64,000 bases of DNA from Takakia lepidozioides (Eukaryota; Plantae; Bryophyta), in contig CM060732.1 of the NCBI GenBank assembly GCA_030704615.1, positions 64,852,001 to 64,916,000 of the forward strand. The letters run 5' to 3'. The first letter of the stretch is position 1; every line of letters begins with the position of its first letter. Shown here piece by piece: positions 12,978-23,407 of this stretch. Below the pieces are notes generated by a model. The model was not told where the DNA came from, made no database searches, and saw nothing but the letters and a program-made list of their open reading frames with translations. Made by a program: the position numbers and the translations under genes.

Positions 12978-15900
12978 TTACTCACATGAAAAGTCGTTGT
13001 CGACCTGCTTATCTTCGGGATCGTCATCATTTCGAATATGAATCCGATCAGTCTGTGTGCCTGAAGTGGAGCCAGACAAAAGGGGGAGGAGCACTGTGTT
13101 GTAGAGGTCAGAATCACCCTCCATACCAAAAAGGCTTCTTCCGCCTGCCTTGCATGCGTGGTAAGTTGCTCCTGCACCAGACAGGAGAACATAAACAGTT
13201 TGGAGGAGGGGATTTAAGCAGATGAAACTGTTGAAAGGAAACCAATTCGGAAGGGAGAAAACGAACCTGTGGACACAGAAAGATCGACCACCCGTGCAGA
13301 GCGGTGGCTGCATGACTCCAGCAGTATTTGCATGAATGCTGGTGACTTTTCCTTTGCACCTCTCCAGGGAGTGCCATCTGGTCTCTTCAGAGTCTGACTG
13401 GACTGCATGAAGTTGTACAAAATGTCATCGACATGGGGCTCATAGGGGGGGTTGACGAAACAACCCTGGTCAGAAATCTCAAAGCTGCGGATGGAGGATG
13501 GTGTCTTTGATGTGCGAATCCTCCGCAGGCAGATCGCCTCGAACATCCTCGTCTGCCAAAGATAGCAGGTTAGTGTGGTAAACACAATCTAAAGTGGAAG
13601 TGTGTACATCGGCTATTCAGAACTCTGACACCAAAAAACCATGAATCGTTGATGATCGGTGTCGATCATAAAACATTCTACTAGAGTGGAGCTGCAGAGA
13701 AAATTGAAACTCATGATCAAAGCATAAGCAGAAGGCAGACGGCATACCAGCTGACCAGGGAAACCCCTTTCACAAGGTAGAGGCTGTTCACACAATTCCA
13801 TGTGCGCAAAACTTCAAACCCTGAAGACTTGAGGTATGATGCCAATGCCCGACGACTATCATTGTCACATGACTGAAAAAGCAGAAGTGTCCCTGCATCA
13901 GAGAGGAAATTGTTACAGAACCCGAATACCCAACTCCAGTAGTTGTCCTCGAATTTGTTCCACCCTGGCGTCTTGCCCTTTGGAAGAACTTCTGGCACAG
14001 CCTGGCCATCCGGGATGTCGAGAATGACAATGTCGGCCGCATAAGTTTTCTGCACACCGCACACGAAGGTGGGACCTGTGCTCACCTGCAACAGACATGT
14101 TTTTTATAAGAACGATGGCAAGAATGTTTTCAAAGAACGAGACTGAAATACTGCCAACGAAACATTCAGAGAAAAAGGAAAGAAACTGGAATTCTCACCA
14201 GATTGAGGAATGAGATTATATTGTCCCAGGTAGGGGATGGCACCCCAGTGTATCCTCTCTTTCGACTCTGCATCATCGAAAGCCAACCCTCATTAACAAT
14301 TTTCATCTCTCCTGCTGAATCAGAACGGGAAGGGTGTGGCTTGGCATCGAACACGCACTGAAGAGTGCGGGTATATCTTCCAGCACTAAAGTCCTGCCCA
14401 CTCTCCATCTCCTTTTCATTCTCCTTCCCCTTGTCCTTTTCCTTCTCTTTGGACTTGTCTTTGTCCTTTGGCTTTGCTGGTGAGATGGCTATGACATCAA
14501 CAGCCTTGTCTTTTGGTTTGCGGCCCGCCTTCTTTCCCTTCTGCGGCGTTCCCTGAGCATCAGGCTCCTTGGCAGCCAAGGTTGCTATGTTTCGTTGATA
14601 CTCTTCGTCAGTCAAAGGCGCCAGCATCTCAGCGTTATTGTTCAAGTATTTCATATGCTGTTCTTGAAAGGTCGTGTGCTCAGGTGGGCAGTCAAGGTAC
14701 CACCCACAGTCTCTGAAGTGAGAAGGACTCCAGTCCTTCAATATCCCTGCAGTATACATGGTTGGATCGTTTGCAGGGTCCGACCACATGTCAAGATAGT
14801 CGGGAATTCCGCTCAGGTGATTTCCTTCCATAAGCACATATTTCGTGTACCTGAAAAAAGGAGATGAATCCCAACCCACAAAAGCGCTCAGTGAGTAAGA
14901 TGCAAGTAGAACAGAAAGAATAAAACATGGATTGAAATGGCTCTGACAACTGCTCCAAGGACCTTTCAGGACCACACTACTGCTCCAGATATGAATGTCG
15001 TCAACGCCATTCAGAACATTCCATTCCATGACACTGTAAATACATCCTAATCCAGGTGAATGCAAATAAGCGATTAGAAATGACACAGACATAGAAGTGA
15101 ATGTCGTCAACGACATTCAAGAATGAAGCCAAATTATTACTGAAATGAAGCAAAATCACAGGATGGAAATAAAAAAATTGAGTAAGGAACCATCCAGGAA
15201 AACTCAATGCACATTCATAACGAACCTATCACTGAGGACCTCACAACATCACTGTATGTGAATGGCGTCAACGCCATTCACAAAAATACAAAAAAGAAAC
15301 CAATTACTTAGCTCCCCAATCCATGAAAATTGAATTTGTCGTTTTTGAATAATACAGACACAGCTGTGAATGTCGTCAACGACATTCACTTTGGATTTCT
15401 TAAAACAGAGCTTATCAAGCCTCCATATTCATCGCAAGAGGAAAAAACAATGCAGAACAACTGAATGTCTGCATTGACATTCAGCAAAATGAAGTGATCA
15501 ACCCTCATTGTAACCTCTATGGACATTACAAAAATTTAAATAACCTTGAGGACCACACAACAACTCCGTATGTGAATGTCGTCAACGCCATTCAAGGACA
15601 TTATCAATTCTAATCAGGGACAATATAATTGCACCCTTAGATCCTAACCAGGTGAATTCATATACTCGCTTAAGAATGACTCAGACAAAGAAGTGAATGT
15701 CGTCAACGACATTCAATCTGGATCTAAGATTGCAATCCATATGAAGCCACAATTTTTCCCAAAAAAACAGTAGAGTTTCAAGTATGACATTTCACCTGTA
15801 CACAACTCGCATCATGGCCCACTCTCCTCCAACCTGACTGTCAAAGTCGTTGGACCGTAAAATGTTACCATCTTTGGAGAACTCCCGGAAAAAACAGTAT

Positions 15901-18282
15901 CTCCAGGTGAGACCTCTCCACTTCCTTATGTATGCCTCCAATGACATTTGGGGAGGGGAAACAATCGCAATGTTCAGGTCCTTCAAAGTCTGATCCAGCA
16001 CAATGACGGCGCGCTTTTCGAGCTGCAAATAGTATATTTGTCAGAATTGCAAAAAAGAAACACATCACATACTTGAAGAGAAGAAACAGCATGTTCGAAT
16101 ACACACCTGACTCCAAAATGTAGCCTTGTGGAGCCAGTTATCAAACACCAAATCACTGATTCCTTCCACCTTTGTGCCAGGCTGTATGGTGCTCTTTGGG
16201 AACTGATTCAAGTCCTTTACTGTTTGATCTGAGTTCCATATCTCCAGCCACCTTATTTTTGTTTGTGGGTCGACCATCGATATGGCCAGCCGGTGCAATT
16301 TCTCCTGCTGCATCTCCGGATGCACATGCTTGTCATAGTGTGTTTTGATCTGCTGAAGGAACTCAGGACCAAGTCCAGGATCTACTATTCTAAGCTGCTT
16401 TCCGAAGGCTGACATCAATTTGTTCTTCGCATCTCAAACTCCTTCTTTATTGCAGCTTCCACACCCTTTGATGTCCTTAGTTCCTCTGGTGTAGTGCGGT
16501 AATATTCGGATTTTCCCTTCTCAGCTGCCTCTGCCAGTTCTTGCTGCATTCATTCAAGTAGTGATTAGCTCCGAAGGGACTCTAAACATGTATTCGAAAA
16601 GTAAACAGATTACAGACTCGGGCTTACCGCATACATGTACTCCAGAAACGCCTCTCGTGTCAAAGAATACCAAGTGCCTGCAGCTCTTCCTGTTTCGCAC
16701 TTCTTGATGATATTGGGTGGTAGTACTGTCCGAAAATCATCCAGCTTCATCAGACCAATCCTCTGAATTCGGAATAGTGTGTGAACCAAGCTTGTTGTCA
16801 CATGCGATTTCTCTGTCGATCTGCAAAAACATTGAAAACATTGCATTCCTTACACTGTTTTTTGAGGATCAACAAGACACTACAGAGGGAATCAAATCTC
16901 CTGGATGACTTACTTGTTCACGTCGTGCATAGCTGTAAGAAGCCTAGCGATGTCGTTTCCTGGATCCAAAACCATTGCCTCCACAGCAACATGCTTGTCT
17001 TTGTCTTTCGAATGGTGTTTCTGAATGTATCCCATCCATGCCAGCAATCGGTGGTTGCCGTCCCAGACGTAGAACATGTGGTTGCAAAATTGCTGGGTGT
17101 TCTTTCCCATCATGAGGCCCAGCTCGAACTCCTCATTGGCATCTTTCCAGCACTCATCCCAGTTATCACTGATCTCTGGAGAAACTAATGTGCTTTTCCC
17201 ATTTATATCCGTCAGTGACACATAAAAAACTTGTGCACCAAGTCTATATCCATGCACAAAATCACTCTCCAATTTTGTTATGTCATGGGAAAGAGGTGGA
17301 CGCACAACAGGCATTGATATCATCCGGCACAGAGGTATGTCCAGACGCCCTCCAGATACGAGCATGTCCCTTATAACCTCCTGAGAGTTTACCTTCTGGA
17401 ATGACATGAGTTCTTTCACCTTGTCAAGGTAGTGCACTTCGGATTCATCTGCTTCATCTGTATTCTCTGAGCTTTTTGCGGACTCGTCCCCATCTCCAGA
17501 TCCTTTCCCCTCTGATCCTGTAGGCTTCGACCTCACAGTTTTCTGCACGATGCCATTCAGTTCTGACTAAGTGATTTGCAAATAGTGAATGGCGGTAACG
17601 ACAATCACTCTGTATCAAGGAAACTCACCATGAATGGTGTGAAAGAATTCAGCACAATCTACACATGCAAAGCCGAGACTGCCGTATTCAAAACAAAAGT
17701 GAGAGCGATAGCGAACGGCGTTAACGACAATCACAAAAGATAACAACCTGCCGGATCGGTGTTGTGTAATGACATATATGTGCAACTGATTGGCGGCAAC
17801 GACATTCAGTGTAGTTTAGGGAGAATAGTAAGTGCAGACTCTCTCTTCAAACACATAGGTACATAAATCTCATGAGCAGAATCGAATGGCGTTAACGACG
17901 CTCGCGATTCAGTAGTTCCTGCTAAAGAATGGAAGAGGAAGGACTCCTTGAAAGGCAATCACACAGACTATATGATAAAACTTACTGGCACCTTCTTAGG
18001 TTTTGAAATTTGATCCCCTTCTGCAGCTTTCCTCTTCCCTCTCACATCTGCTGGAGTTTCTGTCTGCGCAAGGGTTTCTTGACCTTCTTCAGGTTCGGCG
18101 TTCCGCGTGCTTCCACCTTCTTCAGTGTCCCTGCGATTCATCTCTGCCTCCACAGGCTGGCGCACTCTTATCGCCGACTGTGTCGCAGCCGCTGCCTCAG
18201 TCTCCGTCTGCTCTTGTGAATCAGTCTCCGCGTTCACCTGCTGCCTTGGCCCTGTGTTCTCCAACAAACGACGCCTCGTCAT
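12978..18282 (-). CDS. Spliced gene (~9 exons): ParB/Srx-like N-terminal domain fused to a C-terminal beta-class amino (N6A/N4C) DNA methyltransferase-like domain
   Basis: Approximate GT-AG exons: 17986-18282, 16914-17542, 16628-16820, 16108-16544 (one frameshift ~16430), 15797-16023, 14200-14851, 13766-14085, 13269-13552, 12978-13171. ParB-like FYVWDGNHRLLAW lies at ~17035-17075. MTase motifs occur in beta order: ADIVILDIPDG (motif IV), DAGTLLLF, WRGAKEKSPAFMQILLE (HPTQKP equivalent), and across the last intron RVVDLSVSTG|ATYHACKAGGRSLFGMEGD (motif I/II). Confidence 0.72.
14992..15715. repeat. Intronic array of seven 22-bp palindromes TGAATG(T/G)CG-TCAA-CG(A/C)CATTCA separated by diverged spacers
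   Basis: Copies start at 14992, 15098, 15259, 15367, 15462 (degenerate), 15573 and 15694, with start-to-start distances of 95-161 bp. Confidence 0.9.
17586..17905. repeat. Second, more degenerate cluster of the same palindrome in the first intron
   Basis: TGAATGGCGGTAACGACAATCA (17586), CGAACGGCGTTAACGACAATCA (~17712), TGATTGGCGGCAACGACATTCA (~17787), CGAATGGCGTTAACGACGCTCG (~17883). Confidence 0.7.
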
Positions 18283-19234
18283 TTTCTCTCTTGCTCTGCG
18301 TCTCTCTCTAAGGGAAGTAAAATAAAGAGACTTTCTTCTCTTTCGTATTCTAGAAGGAACCCTCTCCAGCTTGACTACCACTCTCCCTCTAAGCGCGAAA
18401 AGTAGAAAAACGCAGTGACTCCCGATTTCTTGCGGGATTGCCTGTGTTCTTGCGTGTCTCTAGAAGCATCGGATTCCCTCCCGCGTGACCGTTACACATA
18501 GTCGTTTCGTTATTAGTGCACATGCCAGCAATTGGTGTACAGCTGTTCGTATTCAGTTATGGATGTCTGACGTGTGCCGCCCAAAACAAAACGGCGTGTT
18601 CTAAATTATAACTGGTTCAATATTTAAAAAGAACAGCGAATCCCAGAAATTGATGCGCAGTCTTAAACAAATAAATATAAATGAACGAGAGTTTGATGAC
18701 AAATTTTGGAATATCATACACGGTCATCCTTGTTATCCAAACCCCACATTCGTTGCACATTTGGAACTTTCCAGGTGCGCATGATCATTGGTAGTAGTAT
18801 ATAGATACATTTACTTAATCTGCAATCCCATTCTCGGATCCTGTGGCATGCTTCCAGGAAGTCGGCTTTGTTATTGGGTTTATTGATGAGGTTCTGATTA
18901 ACGGTTTAACAGTTGCCGACACTGCCCCTATGGATTCTCTGACCACTGGGCCCACAAGAAAAGTAATTAAAATGGACGGCTGCATATCTGGAATGAATAA
19001 CAGAATATGCACAGTCGTTATCTGAGCTTCCTCCGCCATATGCTCTGCTCATTCTTCAACTGTGTTCTGGAGACAGCAGTAAACCGATTTACACTAGATC
19101 TGCGATAGCAAGGTACAAACATACTCGAGGAAGGAAGATGGCTTCCTCTGAAGCGGAGTTCTTCTCAGACGACAAACCAGTGCCGTTCCCAGGAAGTCCT
19201 TGACAATGGATTTGCAATTGTTCTGGAACATGTC

Positions 19235-22200
19235 TTGGCTACCCGTTTTCAGCTGCAGAATGGCTCCATCTTTTTGGAGAAAGAGGTTTACGATCTGAAA
19301 GGGAAGTTGGTGAAATATTCTTTCCAAAACCGTGATGAGACGGCTCATATCAGCCAGTGGAGAGTGCGTCCTGGTCGATACAGAGTACTTGGAGAGCCTC
19401 GGCGAAAGTCCCTTGGGTCATATGTGACGCCCGGGACTGCTGCTTCGGTCGTTGAAGACAAGAGGGAGGTGGTGGTGAAAAAAGAACAGACTTCCTCCAC
19501 TCCAATCGTTGAGCTTTCGGATTCTTCCGATGATGACATAAGTGAAATTCCAAATCCAGTCCTTCCTACTGTGGTTGCAGAAGCTGATGAAGAAGAGATT
19601 TGTAGTGTCATTCCAAAATTGCGGGCGATGGGAGGAATGGCTGGATTCAAAAGTGAGTTGCGGGGAATTGATTGGGAATCTTTGAAGCAGGTGCCTGTGA
19701 AGTTCTTGCCGGAGACTTTTGATGGCGATATCCTATTCGAGCTGCCTCCTCCTCCGCGAGTTGGAGGTGTAACAATCATGATGCATGGAATGGACAAGAA
19801 ACACGACGGGCACCCGTGGTGCAGAACAAAAACATCCAATATTCAGAATGATGACAAGCTTGTTTTCAGGAGGACAGTTTGCAATGGACACCTTAGGTGT
19901 GATAATTTGAATTGCAGACACTTTCTTCAGTCTGGAGTTCATAATCAAAGCGAATGGGAGGGTCTGGCGGAGAATCCATTTCAGCCTGGGACTGCCCCTC
20001 CACCGGCAAACACTTTCGTCTGCAAATTCTGCAAACTTGTGCCATCCTGCTTGGCGCTCTGCGGAGCAAGAATGTACTATGTTGTCCACCGTTTGAATAC
20101 AATGACGAGAGCTTGTGTGCATTTTGGATTCCATAACCATCCTGTCTCGAAGGGGGATTACAGGGAGAGTGTTGAGACAGTATCGAGGTTGATCAAACAG
20201 GAGTTCGGGAGAAACCCATCCGCAACAACATCTGCAATTGCTCTTGGCGCAAGCAAGTCCTTCTTGGAAAGCCATATTTTGAGTGAAGGAGATTCTGTGG
20301 GGACTAAACTTGACGGTGCAGCATTGGACCTGGTCATGGATCATTTCTCCACTTTAAGTTCACCTAACATTCGGCATCAGATCAATGCATTGAGAATGGG
20401 CTCTGGGATCAGAGGCTACATAGACAATATTTTGGAATTGAAACGACTGAGCAAGTACGATTACATCCAGGACAATGTATTCCCAGGTCAAGGTGCCATC
20501 AAAGTTTTTCTTTTCAAAATGTCGACTGTTGGGGAGGGCAGTGGGGTTAGCCTCGTGAAGCGGATGCAGAAGACTGGGGACTTGCAGAACTGTTTTCTTA
20601 TGTTTGATCATGTGAAACGAGTGAAGGATTGGACGACAATGGCTTGTCATGTCTACGATCCAGTGTACCAACGAGTTATGACAATTGCAGTTTGTGACAT
20701 GCAATCCGAGGATACGGAATCCCAGAAGCTCATGTGGAATTCCCTGATACGTGTCATGGGCTGCCATGGGCTGCCATCTCCAAATTTCGCAGGTTTCATG
20801 GCGGATAGTGCTCAAGCAAATTTCAATGCTATTCGTATTGTCTTCGGATCGGGCGACCCAAAAGTGCCTATGCCAGGAAGAGAGCGTACATGTCTATTCC
20901 ATTGGACACAATCTCTGGAAAAACATACAAAGTCGGACATCAAACCAGAGATGCAGACTCAGCACCGTAAATTGTGCAAAGAGTACAAAGATGCTAGAAC
21001 AATGAAGGAGGCGGACACTTTGTTCCAGACAATTCGTGCCTGGTGGTTCTCTTCTGGAGCTGCATCACTTGAGAGTATGAGAGCATTGGAAGATTGGCTG
21101 GCGTTTTGGCACTTCCGGTATAGACAGTGGGGAGCAGCCATGACAATGGTACGAGGCTTCTATTTCATGCTTTATTCATACATTTGCTTTCCATATTTTT
21201 GACTCATTGCTTTCTTTATGTTGTTTCCTGTGCACTATTCTGAAGTGTGGTTATCCTCTTTGCAGAACATGTCCATTGAGGAAATGGCAGACATGCCATC
21301 TTGCAATTTGGCAGAAACTGTGCACAATGCATGGTTGCAGCAGTCTGGGAAACGAGGTCGGGATTTGTATGTGGCAACAACAGATGATTTGATACGTGCC
21401 TTGCAACAACAAACCCGATACCGTGATTTCTTACGAGGTGGGGTTGGTGGCAAGGGTCCGGACAAATCGGAGTTGATGTTGCGTGCTGCAAACAGATCTG
21501 GGGATCCAATCAAGATAGCACGGGCGGTGAGCATGTATGCCCAGGGAACGCCACTTGTTTCTAGAGTTCCACATCTTGAAGGGGAGGAGAGATTCGGCTC
21601 CTGTAAGAGGAAATTGAACACTCCACCTGGTTCGGATTCAGATTCCCACAGGGCAGACCGTGATAACTTCTCGAAGCCTCGTGTTCCCCTGCATGACAGC
21701 TCCGTGTCCGGAACCTCCATTGTGGAGGAACCTCCAACACGACGGCAAGCTCCAGCATCAAACCGTGCCACTGAAATGGTGCAGGAGAGAAACAACCCCC
21801 TTGATGTGCTTGAGTCCGCATGCCCCGACCACGTTTGGCACATAGAACGCACAAGTGTCGGGTCTCGTGTGAAATGTACAGCGATCAGGGCAACTAATTT
21901 TGAGAAGTGCACTTCATCTATATCCAGAGGTGGTGCCCGAACTCCTGCTCCGACTTTCACGGGCTTGATGCGTCCATACGGTCAACCAGAAGCCAAGAAC
22001 CACAAGTTCTGGTTCTGCGCAGATGATTGTGCCAGATGTGTGCATGGAACTGTGCGTCCTTCCGTAGTGATGAAGCCATCTCCTCCAACCGTTTGGCCCG
22101 TGAAGGTGGGAACACATCTCAGCTTTCAGGAGATTGAAATGCTGGAGGAGGCAGGTTTTTCCCTTGCGAGACAACCCCAACTCCATGCATGTGCTACTAC

Positions 22201-22651
22201 TCCTGCGTCCTCCCGGGTCCCCCCGGCAAATCCTGACTTGTGGCCAACCAAACGAGATGGAAAGCTCGTTCGGCGTTTCCCTCCAACCGCTGAACACTTT
22301 GGCAAAGTGGAGTCCGCAAGAATGCTCCAAGCTCGTGTCGGAAGCACCACGGAAGTACCCGATCCAGGATATGGTCGGGTATTCACAATCATCACTTCCA
22401 CATCTGCTGTTCATGACAGGACCTACGACATCACGGTTTCCAATTTCCCCAATTGCACATGTCCTGATTTTGTGAATATGCTATCAACCAGTTTGGGCAA
22501 GAGAGGTAAATTCATACCCTGCAAACATTTGTATTTCATATTTTTGAGGAGGATGGTTTGCGATCCCAAACGTGACAACTTCATTCACCAGGCCACTATG
22601 AGTTTCAACGAGGTCGATACTCTTTTGCAGCGGGATACAACACATGGGTAG
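19235..22651 (+). CDS. Mutator-like DDE transposase with N-terminal GCM-like zinc domain and C-terminal SWIM finger; two exons (intron 21149-21265); apparently intact from 19235, true start uncertain
   Basis: GCM-like DGHPWCRTKTSN...CNGHLRCDNLNC...CKFC...C...GFHNHP. Catalytic core LMFDHVKR, GFMADSAQANFNAI, CLFHW (CxxH) and PSCNLAETVH. SWIM CTCPDF...PCKHL. A phase-0 intron ATG|GTACGA...TTGCAG|AAC joins the two ORFs in frame. Confidence 0.85.
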
Positions 22652-23102
22652 CATGAACTATGTAATGTGGTATGTGGATGACCATGATTTGAAATGTGTA
22701 ATTCACATCAATTCGTCGGCTGTGCAATGATATGGCCTCCAACTATACGGAGTGAGGTCTGAGTGACAACTTTTAGGTAGTGCACATTTGTCATTGCACC
22801 GTTCGAAGTCTACATGTCTTGCTGTCGCTATGCACTACAATCATCTTTTGAAGATGATCATAACTCTCATTGTTATTTGAGGAGGGAGGAAGTCTTCTCG
22901 TGGCAGCCTTTATGGCGCACACTTTGTGAGGATATTTTGTCGTCTTCGTAATTGTAAAAGTGAAACAAACATTTGTAATTGCACAATGTTGGATGCTGCA
23001 ATTGTAGGCCTCAACGCTCGTCTTGATTCTATTTAGGCAAGATTCCCTGCATTAATTCCACGGTCATAGGACCATCCACGGTTATAGGCGGCGCATGTTA
23101 AT

Positions 23103-23212
23103 GCTGACGTGGCAGTTGACGGACAGTGCCACGTCATCATTTACCGCCACATCAGCATGCTGACATGACGCTCACGCCACGTCAGCATGTGTGCAGGCTC
23201 ACGCCACGTCAC
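23103..23212. promoter_or_regulatory. Cluster of (T/C)GCCACGTCA motifs (hybrid G/C-box) upstream of the second transposase
   Basis: GCTGACGTGGCA (23103, inverted), TGCCACGTCA (~23127), GCCACATCAGCA (~23146), GCCACGTCAGCA (~23176), GCCACGTCA (~23203). Confidence 0.55.
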
Positions 23213-23407
23213 TCCTGCATGAGCGTATGCTCGCGCGCTCACGTGCAATGCTCACGCCATTGCGTCGTTGTTCATGCATATAGCTTGAAACTATACTTTC
23301 CACTTCAATGTGCGACTTCCAATCGTCGATGGACTCCGCATGGTGCCTGTGAGCCTTCGTCTGTCGTTATACTGAACCTCGCACTTGCCAACTTCGTGCG
23401 GTGTTCG

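Noticed and set aside
12520-12980. Left TIR/TSD of the MTase-transposase block
   Set aside because: No match to CTATTTCATGAGC or to the right-flank sequence TCGCTTTCA was found by eye, so the left boundary is undefined.
14852-15116. Hydrophobic N-terminus of ORF 14166-15116
   Set aside because: Intron sequence upstream of the TTTTTTCAG acceptor at ~14852; it contains array palindromes.
14992-15715. True CRISPR array
   Set aside because: Eukaryotic intron, no cas genes, spacers long (70-140 bp), irregular and partly homologous to each other.
23126-23407. N-terminal extension of the 842-aa ORF
   Set aside because: GTG start inside GCCACGTCA repeats; the ATG at 23408 is more plausible. The ORF's last ~175 aa are out-of-frame read-through.
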